Made by a program: the position numbers and the translations under genes | Shown: one piece after another, positions 20,130 through 29,530 of the stretch | Numbering within the stretch: position 1 is the first letter of the stretch | How the letters are laid out: each line of letters opens with the position of its first letter | The notes under the pieces: generated by a model | Told to the model about the DNA's origin: nothing | The model's input: the letters and a program-made list of their open reading frames with translations, nothing else | The model's database searches: none | Source: Dehalococcoidia bacterium | GTDB taxonomy: Bacteria; Chloroflexota; Dehalococcoidia; UBA2979 | DNA length: 64,000 nt | Direction: 5' to 3' | NCBI GenBank assembly: GCA_965262725.1 | Contig: OZ253555.1 | Coordinates: 1,504,001 to 1,568,000, forward strand

Positions 20130-20991
20130 GTGCGTCCGGAAGTCGAAGGGGTGGTGACGTGATGACGTGACCGGTCCGGAGACATGCTCGTTGCTGCCAG
20201 CCGGTGAGAGTCCGGCACGGGTAACTGTCAGGAGGCCCGTTAGCAGGTCGGCGGCGTGGACGGGAAACGGTCTGCGTCGAAGCCCGACGTCAAGAGCCCT
20301 ATGAGGGGGAGCAAACGTGCGGTCCGCAGCATGACGCGAAGTCTGCCGCGCCGTGAGACTCGCCTGTCTATTGACAGGACCAAGGAGGAGCCGAGCCCGG
20401 GTGGTCAGGGCGAAGGCCATGGACGAGGTGAAGATCCTGGAATGCAGCCTCAAGAAACCTCCCGGCGTATGGGACGTGGAACGTACGGAAGGTAGCGACG
20501 GGAACCGGAGAAGCCCTCCCCGGCCCGGCACCCTGTGAGAGGGCGTCGGAGCGAGGCGTCCTATAACCGGTCAGAGCCGGGAAGTGGACAGCCAGCCGGA
20601 AGGGTGGCGGAGGGGGTCGTAGTACCGCTGGAGCCGGACGGACAACATAACCGCCGGTGATGGGAAGGACCCCTACTTTGTCCGTGCATGTTGCTGGGGG
20701 TGTGGACTGGTGAGTGCCCCTCGGGGCTAGCAACCACTTGGTAGGGTTCGAGGCTCTCCGCACATGCTGTACCGGCTGGCCAAGGCACGACCCACGTTGT
20801 GGGGAGCGCTGCATGCCATCTGGTGAAGGGCATCGGTGAGCCGGATGAGGGAGAACCTCACGTCCGGTTCGATGTGGCAGGGGCTGGAGACGGACGCTGC
20901 TATGGCCGTGGAGTTGGGCACCACCGGGAAACCGGCTTGGAACTGATGCGCCACCGCCTACGGCTCGCACCGCGCCAGCCCCTGACCCTAC
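20130..20991 (+). mobile_element. ORF-less group II intron nested in the outer RT gene
   Basis: 5' GTGCG; domain V GAGCCGGATGAGGGAGAACCTCACGTCCGGTTC (about 20839-20871); 3' CCCTAC; EBS2 pairs 6/6 and EBS1 5/6 with the flanking exon. Confidence 0.88.
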
Positions 20992-22238
20992 TACGGCTTC
21001 TCGCATGGCTTCAGGCCGGGGCGTTCGGCGCATGACGCGCTGGACGCACTGGCCTACGCGGTCGAACGGCGCAAGGTCAGCTGGATTGTCGAGGTGGACA
21101 TCCGGGAGTTCTTCGGCAGCATCGACCGGGGGCGGCTGATGTCGTTTCTGGAGATGCGCATCGGGGACCAGCGGGTGTTGCGCCTGATACGAAAGTGGCT
21201 GAGCGTCGGCGTCATGGACGCGGAGCCGGAAGTCGATTTCGTGCGGGGGATGCCGCAGGGGGCGCCGATATCGCCGCTGCTTGCGAACGTGTACCTGCAC
21301 AACGTGCTCGACGACTGGTTTGCGCGCGAGTGGCGACCGCGGGAGGTCCGGGGCGAGGCGTACATCGTGCGGTATGCCGATGACTTCGTCCTGGGGTTCC
21401 AGCACCGCAGCGATGCGGTGCGGTTCATGGAGGCACTCCGGGAGCGGTTCGCGGCCTACGGGCTGGAGCTGCACCCGGAGAAGACCCGTCTACTTGAGTT
21501 CGGCAGGTTCGCGCTGGCGAACAGGCGGAAGCGCGGGGAGGGCCGACCGGAAACGTTCGACTTTCTCGGCATGACGCACTACTGCCGGACCCGACGCGAC
21601 GGGAGATTCGGGCTGGGGCGCAAGCCCGTTGCGAAGCGGATGCGCCGGACGCTGAAGGCCATCAAGGCCGAGTTGTGGCGGCGCATGCACGACAACCCCG
21701 TGACGACGGGGCAGTGGCTGGGGCGGGTACTGCGTGGGTGGCTTGGCTACTACGCGGTGCCGACCAGCTCGCCGGCGCTCACGCGGTTTGTCCGTTTCGT
21801 GAAGCGGCTCTGGCTGCGCGTTCTCCGACGGCGGTCGCAGCGCGACCGTTTCACGTGGGAGCGCATCCTTGCCCTGTGCCAGGGACACTGGCCCCGAATC
21901 TCCATCCTTCACCCGTGGCCTGCGGAGCGATTTGCCGTCACGCACTTGAGGTAGGAGCCGGATGCCCGAGAGGGCACGTCCGGATCTGTGCGGGGGGTGC
22001 CGGGCAACCGGCATCCCTACCGCGAACCGAACGAAGCTTGACGAGGCGGGGTGCCGGGCTGCCGGAGAGTTCGACGGGTGTGTCGGCGTTCGCCGGGCGG
22101 CGCCGGGGGCGGGCCGGAGCCAAGAGTCGTCGCTCAGCGCCGCTCGGGGGCGCTGAGGGTGCGGGCGCGAGGGTGCGCGAGGCGTGCGCGGGCATGCTGG
22201 CGCGAGCTTCGGCTCCGGGTCGGCGCTGTGAGCGGGCG

Positions 22239-22581
22239 TCAGGCCGGAAGCGGTATCGCCCGTAGTCGCGCGAGCGCGGCTGCCAGCTGCCCGGCCCAGG
22301 GCCAGCGCTTCGGGAGGTGCAGGGTCCACCGCCGGGCAGAGTGGGTGAGCCGTCCGGCGAGAGAGAAGTAGCGTCGCCTGAGCGTCCTGGTCGTCACGAT
22401 CCCCTCGCCGAGCCCGAGGCGTGCCATCCAGCGGGCGAGGTTGTGCGCGATCACCTGCACCGCGAGCCACGCCGCGTTCGCGGCGAAGCGGCCCGAGGGG
22501 AGATGGTTCAACCCGACGCCGTACTTGAGGTCGCGGATCGCGTTCTCGATCTCGGCGTGACGGCGATGGTCGTGTTCCGAT
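22239..22581 (-). pseudogene. IS1380 transposase C-terminal fragment
   Basis: HRRHAEIENAIRDLKYG..LNHLPSGRFAANAAWL...LHLP..WPW. Confidence 0.85.
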
Positions 22582-24208
22582 TGTCGTTGAGCAGCGATTC
22601 CGTCAGTAGTTAACGGAGCAGCGAATCTGTCAGTCCCCAGCCAGCGAGCAGGGGGTGACAGTGCAACAGTTCGAAGAGGCACGACGCTACGTACTCGACC
22701 GGGTGATCGCCGGAGATCTGCAGGTCTCGCAGGCCGCCGAGATCCTGAGCATCAGCGAGCGGCACGGGTGGCGGCTCCTCGCCGCCTACCGTGCGCGGGG
22801 AGCCGCGGCGCTCGCCCACGGCAACCGCCGGCGCCGGCCGCACAACGCCGTCCCGGCCGATGTCGCCTCGGCCGTGGTGCGCCTGGCCACCACCCGCTAC
22901 CCGGGAGCGAACCACACCCACCTCGCCGAGCTGCTGTGGGAGCACGAGGGCCTGGACGTGAGCAGTTGGACCGTCCGCCGGATCCTGGCGCGGGCCAGCA
23001 TCCCGAGTCCCCGCCGCCGCCGGCCGCCCGAGCACCGCGTCCGGCGTGAGCGGATGCCCCGCGAGGGGATGCTGCTCCAGGTCGATGGCAGCCATCACGC
23101 CTGGCTCGAGGGACGAGGCCCGCGCTTCGCCCTGCTGCTCGCCGTCGACGATGCGACCGGCGCAGCCGTGCACGCGCTCTTCCGCCCCACCGAGGACGCG
23201 CGCGGCTACTTCCTCCTGCTGGAGGAGGTCGTCCGCGGCTGCGGCATCCCGCTCGCCCTCTACAGTGACCGCCACGGCGTCTTCAAGGCCTCCCCCGACG
23301 GACGGCGCGGACTGAAGGTGTCCACCCAGTTCGCACGGGCGATGCGTGAACTGGGGATCACCCAGATCTTCGCGCGATCACCGCAGGCGAAGGGGCGCGT
23401 GGAACGTGCCGCAGGTACGTTCCAGGACCGGCTGGTGACCGAACTGCGCCACGCTTCCGCCTCCACCATCCCCGAGGCACACGCCGTACTCGAGCGCTTC
23501 CTGCCGCGCTTCAACGCCCGCTTCCGGATCCCGGCAGCGCAGCCCGTGGTGGCCTACCGCCCGCTCGATCCCGCGCTCCCCCTCGCGTCCATCCTGAGCT
23601 TCCGGCACCCCCGCACCGTCGCGCGCGACAACACCGTCAAGTACCACTGGCGCACGCTGCAGCTGCTGCCCGGGCCCGAGCGGAGAAGCTACGCCGGGAC
23701 GCAGGTCGAGGTGGTGGAGCGGCCGGCCGGCGAGCTCTCCGTCCAGCACCAGGGGGAGACGATCCCCTCACGCCCGGCACCGCCGCGCGCGGGCGTGCTG
23801 AGAGCGGTTCGCTCCGAGCTGACCCAGAACCCCGACCACGAGCGCATCGCCTCAGGGCTCGGCTCCGGCGGCGCGCTCCGGCGGCTGCCTGCACTCCTGG
23901 CTGCTGCGGCGGTGGATGCGACGCGCAACGGCGCTGCGGTCAGGTCGGAGACCAGCGGCAAGCAGCTCCGGGCTCCGACTCCTCGGCAGCTCGCCCGCTG
24001 GAAGGCGATCCAGCAGGCGCAGCTGCAGGGACTGTCCATGCGGGCGACCGCCAGGCTGCTCGGGATCTCCCGCGACACCGTCAGCAGCTACGTCCGCGCC
24101 AACGGCGTCCCTGGACGCCGGAACGGTGCCGCGGCATCCTCCGACGACCAGGGCGGTACTGACGGAGTCGCTGCTCCGTTGCACTGACGGAATCGCTGCT
24201 CGTCGACA
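22582..24208 (+). mobile_element. ISNCY / IS1202-like element
   Basis: TGT...ACA ends, each with two GAGCAGCGA-T/A-TCCGTCAGT-type repeats; no target duplication. Confidence 0.85.
22655..24187 (+). CDS. ISNCY (IS481-like DDE) transposase with an extra C-terminal HTH
   Basis: LQVDGSHH, VDDATG, YSDRHGVF, SPQAKGRVER, TFQDRL. Confidence 0.9.
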   Translation: MTVQQFEEARRYVLDRVIAGDLQVSQAAEILSISERHGWRLLAAYRARGAAALAHGNRRRRPHNAVPADVASAVVRLATTRYPGANHTHLAELLWEHEGLDVSSWTVRRILARASIPSPRRRRPPEHRVRRERMPREGMLLQVDGSHHAWLEGRGPRFALLLAVDDATGAAVHALFRPTEDARGYFLLLEEVVRGCGIPLALYSDRHGVFKASPDGRRGLKVSTQFARAMRELGITQIFARSPQAKGRVERAAGTFQDRLVTELRHASASTIPEAHAVLERFLPRFNARFRIPAAQPVVAYRPLDPALPLASILSFRHPRTVARDNTVKYHWRTLQLLPGPERRSYAGTQVEVVERPAGELSVQHQGETIPSRPAPPRAGVLRAVRSELTQNPDHERIASGLGSGGALRRLPALLAAAAVDATRNGAAVRSETSGKQLRAPTPRQLARWKAIQQAQLQGLSMRATARLLGISRDTVSSYVRANGVPGRRNGAAASSDDQGGTDGVAAPLH

Positions 24209-24790
24209 CCATCTGCTCACCGAGAACCGTCACGGCCTGGTGCTGGACGTGGAGCTGACCGAGGCGAACGGGTACGCCGAGCGCGAGGCGGCGGTCACGA
24301 TGCTGGAGCGCAGCGTGAGCGGCTGCGGGACGCTGGGCGCCGACCGCGGCTACGACACGCGCGACTTCGTGGCGGCGCTGCGCGCTCGCGGTGTGACGCC
24401 GCACGTGGCGCAGAACGACCGCCGCCGCCGCAGCGCCGTGGACGGGCGCACCACGCGGCATCGCGGCTACAGGCAGAGTCGGAAGCGACGCAAGATCGTG
24501 GAGCAGGTCTTTGGCTGGATGAAGACCGTGGGCGGCGGGCGCAAGCTGCGCTTCGTGGGCCGCGAGCGCAACCGCGGCTGGCTGGAGCTCACCGCCGCCG
24601 CCTACAACCTGGTGCGCATGGCCACGCTCGAGACCGCCGCGACGTAGGCGCAGTGCGCCCTCCGCCCCGCCGGGGAGCCCTCAGAGGCACCCGGGGCAGG
24701 TCAGGAGGCCACAATCACGAAGCCGGACGCGGCCTCAAGCCGCCCGGCACCGCTCCGAGGCTCCCGGAAGGAGCTTCTTCAGCACCCTGC
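24209..24790 (+). mobile_element. IS5-like remnant: transposase 3' part (stop at 24647) and right end
   Basis: HLLTENRHGL, GADRGYD, RKIVEQVFGW, AAYNL; end TTCTTCAGCACCCTGC-TAG. Confidence 0.8.
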
Positions 24791-24792
24791 TA

Positions 24793-25966
24793 GTGTCCTG
24801 ATTCGTAATAGCGACAGATAACGGGTATGGTGGCACAGCGGGGTTTTGCCCCATGGGGCAGACTCTGGAGTGTCATGAGCACCCGAATCGGACGGCCGAC
24901 GGTCGCGATCGTCCTGAGCGACGAGGAGCGTGAGACGCTGGAGCGGTGGGCGCGCCGGCCGACATCGGCCCAGGCGCTGGCGCTGCGCTGTCGCATCGTC
25001 CTGGCAGCGGCCGAGGGGACATCGAATAAAGCGATCGCCGCGGCGCTCGATTGCCATCCGGTCACCGTCGGCAAGTGGCGCCGGCGCTTTGCGCAGGGGC
25101 GGCTCGATGGGCTACAGGATGAGCCGCGCCCCGGGGCGCCGCGCACGATCGCCGATGCACAGGTGGAAGCGGTGATCGTCACGACGCTGGAGGAGCAGCC
25201 TCCCAACGCGACGCACTGGTCGACCCGATCGATGGCAGCCGCGGTCGGGATGTCGCAGTCGGCGATCTTCAGGATCTGGCGCGCCTTCGGCCTGAAGCCG
25301 CACCTCGTGGAGAGCTTCAAGCTGTCGCCCGACCCGCAGTTCATCGACAAGGTGCGCGACGTGGCCGGGCTCTATCTCAACCCGCCCGACGCGGCGGTTG
25401 TGCTGTGCGTGGACGAGAAGACCCAGATCCAGGCACTCGACCGCACCGCGCCGACGGTGCCGATGATGCCCGGCGTCCCCGCCCGCCAGACGCACGACTA
25501 CATCCGTCACGGCACGACGAACCTCTACGCGGCGCTCGATGTCGCCTCGGGATGCGTGATCACGGAGATGACCCCCCGGCACCGGGCTCGGGAGTTCCAG
25601 CAGTTCCTCGCCCTCATCGACCAAAGCGTTCCCCGTGAGCTGGCGGTGCATGTCGTGCTCGACAACGTCTCCACGCACCGCACGCCCGCCATCCAGCGCT
25701 GGCTCCAGCGCCATCCCCGCTTCACCTTCCATTTCACGCCGACCTACAGCTCCTGGATGAACCTCGTGGAGCGCTGGTTTGCAGAGCTCACCAGCAAGTG
25801 GCTCCGGCGCGGCACGCACCATAGCGTCCCTGATCTGATCCGCTCAGTGGAGATGTGGGTCGCCAGCTGGAACGAGAATCCGAGGCCCTTCATCTGGCAC
25901 AAGTCCGCGGACCAGATCCTTGACAACCTCGCCGGATATCTAGAGCGCATCCCTGAATCGGGACAC
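24793..25966 (+). mobile_element. IS630-family element
   Basis: Inverted repeats GTGTCCTGATTC / GAATCGGGACAC, flanked by TA within CTAG. Confidence 0.9.
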
Positions 25967-25969
25967 TAG
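24875..25969 (+). CDS. IS630 transposase
   Basis: CVDEK, HDYIRHGT, VLDNVSTH, SSWMNLVERWF; stop codon supplied by the target site. Confidence 0.92.
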   Translation: MSTRIGRPTVAIVLSDEERETLERWARRPTSAQALALRCRIVLAAAEGTSNKAIAAALDCHPVTVGKWRRRFAQGRLDGLQDEPRPGAPRTIADAQVEAVIVTTLEEQPPNATHWSTRSMAAAVGMSQSAIFRIWRAFGLKPHLVESFKLSPDPQFIDKVRDVAGLYLNPPDAAVVLCVDEKTQIQALDRTAPTVPMMPGVPARQTHDYIRHGTTNLYAALDVASGCVITEMTPRHRAREFQQFLALIDQSVPRELAVHVVLDNVSTHRTPAIQRWLQRHPRFTFHFTPTYSSWMNLVERWFAELTSKWLRRGTHHSVPDLIRSVEMWVASWNENPRPFIWHKSADQILDNLAGYLERIPESGH

Positions 25970-26104
25970 ACTCCGGTCTGCATGCGCGGCGAGCGGCTTG
26001 GCGCCTGGCGGCGGACATAGCGCCCGGGCGCCGGACCGGACCCCATCCGGCCGCCTGAGGCCCAGGGCTGGTGGTCTTGGGAGGGCGCCATCGACTCGAT
26101 AGCG

Positions 26105-27370
26105 GTGTCCCCGGCGGCGCGTGTCGAAGCCGAGATCGATCTCCCGGGATCGAAGAGCTACAGCAACCGCGCTCTCCTGTTGGCTTCGCTCGGCGAGGGG
26201 CGTTCGGAGCTCATGCGCGCGCTCTTTTCCGACGACACGCGATACATGCATCGGGCCTTGACCGCGCTCGGGATTCGGGTCGACGCGGACGAATGCGGGC
26301 AGCGGTACGAGGTGGAGGGGGGTGCTGGCGCGTTCCCGTCCCGCGGCGCTGCGCTGTCGGTCGGCAACGCCGGCACAGCGGCGCGATTTCTTACGGCTGC
26401 GCTGGCGATCGGCGACGGGGTCTTCTCCGTGGACGGCTCCTCTCGCATGCGCGGGCGGCCCATCGAACCTCTCCTCAACGGCCTGCGCCAGCTGGGCGTC
26501 GACGTCAGGTCCCGGTTCGGAAACGGGTGCCCGCCGGTTGACATTCGCGCTAGCGGCATCCCCGGTGGTCGAGCCCGGGTGAAGGGGGACATCTCGAGCC
26601 AGTTCCTGAGCGCGCTCCTGATGGCAGCCCCCTATGCGCGACGTGACGTGTCGCTGGAGGTGGACGGCGACCTCGTATCCGCACCCTACGTCGACCTCAC
26701 GCTGGACGCGATGCGCGCGTTCGGCGTGCACGTTGACCGCGACGGCGATCATCGCTTCCGGGTCGCCGCGGGCCAGCGATACCGTGGTCGGGCGTACGAG
26801 ATCGAGCCGGACGCGTCAGGCGCCTCGTACTTCTTCGCGGCCGCGGCGGTGACCGGCGGGCACGTGAGGGTGCTCCGCCTGGGACGAGGCTCCGCGCAGG
26901 GAGATCTGGGGCTGCTCGACGTTCTGGAGCGCATGGGATGCACGGTCTCCCGCGACCGCGATGCCATCGATCTGTGGGGACCGGAACGGCTTCGGGCCGT
27001 CGATGCGGACTTCACGCGGATGGGCGATGTCGCCACGACACTCATGGCGATCGCGCCGTTCGCCGACGGACCCGTGACGATTCGGGGCATTGCGCAAACT
27101 CACTATGAAGAGAGCGACCGGCCGGTGGCGGCGGTAACGGAGCTTCGCAGGATGGGAATCCGGGTCGAGGCGGAGTGGGACAGCGTCACCGTCTATCCGG
27201 GCCTGCCACAACCCATCGAGGTGGCTACATACGATGATCACCGCATCGCCATGAGCTTCGCGTTGGTCGGGCTACGAGTCGCCGGGATCACAATCGCCGA
27301 CCCGGGTTGCGTCACGAAGACATTTCCTTCGTTCTTCCGCGAACTCGGACGAATTGCATCCGTGGACTGA
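26105..27370 (+). CDS. aroA: EPSP synthase
   Basis: PGSKSYSNR, GNAGTAAR, SSQFLSALL, EPDASGA, ESDR, DDHRIAM, KTFP. Confidence 0.93.
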   Translation: MSPAARVEAEIDLPGSKSYSNRALLLASLGEGRSELMRALFSDDTRYMHRALTALGIRVDADECGQRYEVEGGAGAFPSRGAALSVGNAGTAARFLTAALAIGDGVFSVDGSSRMRGRPIEPLLNGLRQLGVDVRSRFGNGCPPVDIRASGIPGGRARVKGDISSQFLSALLMAAPYARRDVSLEVDGDLVSAPYVDLTLDAMRAFGVHVDRDGDHRFRVAAGQRYRGRAYEIEPDASGASYFFAAAAVTGGHVRVLRLGRGSAQGDLGLLDVLERMGCTVSRDRDAIDLWGPERLRAVDADFTRMGDVATTLMAIAPFADGPVTIRGIAQTHYEESDRPVAAVTELRRMGIRVEAEWDSVTVYPGLPQPIEVATYDDHRIAMSFALVGLRVAGITIADPGCVTKTFPSFFRELGRIASVD

Positions 27371-27603
27371 GACGCTTCTCCGCGAAGGAGGGGCTTCCGG
27401 CAGCATCGGAGCTGTCACCGTCGCGTGGCCCTCGGGATGTGCCGCGTCGCGTGATGTCGAGGCGATGGTGTATGACGCTGCGGTCGTGCGAAGAGGGGTG
27501 CGCGAGGTTGTATCTGGCGCTCTCATTCCTAGGCTCTGACTGCGGTGCATCTCGCTACGGCATGCGCATCGGGATACGTCTGCGCCGTGCGCGAATCGCG
27601 GGA

Positions 27604-27626
27604 GTTGATCCCCATTTGATCCCCAA
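27604..27626 (-). repeat. Tandem TGGGGATCAA arm-type repeats downstream of the tRNA (attL-like)
   Basis: Same motif, in the same orientation relative to the core, as 5331-5354. Confidence 0.65.
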
Positions 27627-27695
27627 CTGATCAGGTACGTGATCGCCACGTGAGGTTTCACAGAACATAATTACTAGTTAATTCTAGGTAAAGGT

Positions 27696-27770
27696 TGGTA
27701 GCAGGGGCAGGATTCGAACCTGCGACCAAGGGCTTATGAATCCCCTGCTCTACCACTGAGCTACCCTGCC
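27696..27770 (-). tRNA. tRNA with CAT anticodon (elongator Met or Ile2)
   Basis: Cloverleaf GGCAGGG...TTCATAA...TTCGAATCC...ACCA; paired 1:72, so not an initiator. Confidence 0.92.
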
Positions 27771-28073
27771 GGGCTCTCGGGAGGCGCCGGGGCGCCGTCC
27801 GCGAGCCGAGTCTACACGCGGCGCGGCTCGGTCGCTCCCATCCAGCCGACCTGCTCCTTCTCTCTACGTCGCGGGCCGCCGGGACGGGAGCCCGGTCCGT
27901 CGATGGGTCTCTAAGTCGGGAGCAATCGCGAGCCGAGACGCCCGCCCGCGTGCCGGTGTGCCCGGCTCCAGATGTCGAGGGAGGGCGGCTCGCGCGTGTC
28001 CAGCGTAGGACGGGCGGGCTGTATCATCTGGTCGTCGACGCGCTAGGCGGCGCTCGGCGAAGGAGGTGAGGGA

Positions 28074-29528
28074 GTGGCGCGATTTGACACCGTGGTGACC
28101 GGCGGGGACCTCGTCATCCCGCACGTCGGCACCATCCGCGCCGACCTGGGCATCCGTGACGGGCGCATCGCCGCGATCGAGGATGCGATCCCCTCGACCG
28201 AAGGTGACCAGGTGATCGACGCGCGGGGCCGCGTGGTCGCACCCGGTGCGGTCGATGCGCACTTCCATATCGGGATCTACAGGCCCATCGAGGAGGATGC
28301 CGAGAGCGAGACCCGGTCCTCCCTCGTCGGCGGTGTGACCTCGGTGATCAGCTACTTCCGCACGGGAAGCCACTACCTGAACCGGAGCGGCTCCTACCGC
28401 GAGATCCTGCCCCAGGTCATCGAGCGCACCAGCGGGCACTCCTACACCGATTTCTCGTACCACATCGGCATCATGGAGGAGTCCCAGCTCGACGAGATCC
28501 CCTGGCTCGTCGAGCAGGGCATCGGTTCCTTCAAGTTCTTCATGTTCTACAAGGGGCTCAATCTCGAGGGAAGCTCGACGGACGGGCGCGCCCTCACGAT
28601 GGCCGAGAACTACGACCTCGGCCACCTCTACCGCTACATGGTGCGCGTGCGCGAGGCGGCGACCCGGCACGCCGCGGCGGGCCGGATCTCACTCTCGTTG
28701 CACTGCGAGCAGTCGGAGCTGCTGCGGATCTTCATCGAGGACGTGCAGGCGAAGGGCATCGATGGCCTTGAGGGCTACCACCTCGCGCGGCCGCCGCTGA
28801 CGGAGCGGCTTGCGATCAGCGAAGCCGGCGTTCTGATCGAGGCGACACGGTGCCCGGTCAACTTTCTTCACCTCTCGAGCGCGCTCGCCTTCCAGACGGC
28901 TGACGAATTCCGGCGCTCGCACCCCGATACCGACCTGAGGCTCGAGACGACGCTGCACCACCTCGCGCTCACGTGGCAGACCGCGGCGGGCGGGCTTCAG
29001 GGGAAGGTCAATCCGCCGATCCGCGAGCAGGCGGATAACGACGCGCTGTGGGCCGCCGTGATGGATGGCCGCATCGACCACGTCGTCTCCGACCACGCCT
29101 GCTGCTTCGAGGAGGACAAGGCCGATCTGTGGGGCGCGAAGGCCGGCTTCGGCGGCACGGCGCTGCTCTACCCGCTCCTCATCTCCGACGGCTACCACAA
29201 GCGAGGGCTTCCGCTTCACCGCGTCGCCGAGCTGGTCTCGGCGAGCCCGGCTCGCTCCTTCGGGCTCTACCCCCGCAAGGGGACGATCGCCGTCGGCTCG
29301 GATGCCGACCTCGCCATCATCGATCTCGACAAGGAGCAGGCCATCACGAGCGAGCTCCTCCTGGCGGCGCAGGACTTCACGCCGTTCGAGGGATATGCGG
29401 TGAAGGGCTGGCCGGTGATGACGATTCGACGCGGCGAGCTCATGTACCGCGACGGCGCCGTGCTCGGCGGCACGACGGGCGAGTTCCTCCGGCGCCCCCA
29501 CGCGCTGGATGCCGCGAGGGCAGGCTAG
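28074..29528 (+). CDS. Cyclic amidohydrolase (dihydroorotase/allantoinase/hydantoinase family)
   Basis: PGAVDAHFH, LHCE, HLSS, KVNPPIR, SDHA, KGTIAVGSDAD. Confidence 0.85.
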   Translation: MARFDTVVTGGDLVIPHVGTIRADLGIRDGRIAAIEDAIPSTEGDQVIDARGRVVAPGAVDAHFHIGIYRPIEEDAESETRSSLVGGVTSVISYFRTGSHYLNRSGSYREILPQVIERTSGHSYTDFSYHIGIMEESQLDEIPWLVEQGIGSFKFFMFYKGLNLEGSSTDGRALTMAENYDLGHLYRYMVRVREAATRHAAAGRISLSLHCEQSELLRIFIEDVQAKGIDGLEGYHLARPPLTERLAISEAGVLIEATRCPVNFLHLSSALAFQTADEFRRSHPDTDLRLETTLHHLALTWQTAAGGLQGKVNPPIREQADNDALWAAVMDGRIDHVVSDHACCFEEDKADLWGAKAGFGGTALLYPLLISDGYHKRGLPLHRVAELVSASPARSFGLYPRKGTIAVGSDADLAIIDLDKEQAITSELLLAAQDFTPFEGYAVKGWPVMTIRRGELMYRDGAVLGGTTGEFLRRPHALDAARAG

Positions 29529-29530
29529 CC

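Larger units (their letters stand above)
18276..21954 (+). pseudogene. ltrA: Intron-encoded reverse transcriptase/maturase in three pieces: 18276-18772, 20105-20129, 20992-21954
   Basis: APGVDG, IPKPDGGIRPLGI; rejoined NLLNPIYESGY|YGFSHGFRPGRS; PQGAPISPLLAN, RYADD, FDFLG; no endonuclease domain seen. Confidence 0.9.
17916..22026 (+). mobile_element. Group II intron (bacterial class E-like), outer element
   Basis: 5' GAGCG; EBS1 TGGATT (18099-18104) pairs with exon AATCCA; domain V GAGCCGGATG...GTCCGGATC at about 21955-21986; domain VI ending CCCTACCGCGAA. Confidence 0.85.
17905..22581 (-). mobile_element. IS1380-family remnant; its terminal repeat is split by the group II intron and its 5' part is lost at the IS1202-like element
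   Basis: Removing the intron restores (minus strand) TTCGGTGGATTCGAGC-TTAG, an IS1380-type end; transposase tail at 22239-22581. Confidence 0.7.

Noticed and set aside
21094-21954. Stand-alone RT (retron, DGR or defence type)
   Set aside because: It is the 3' piece of the group II intron RT and is followed directly by domains V and VI
23916-24647. 243-aa ORF as an intact transposase
   Set aside because: Chimeric frame crossing the IS1202-like end; only 24209 onward is IS5-like
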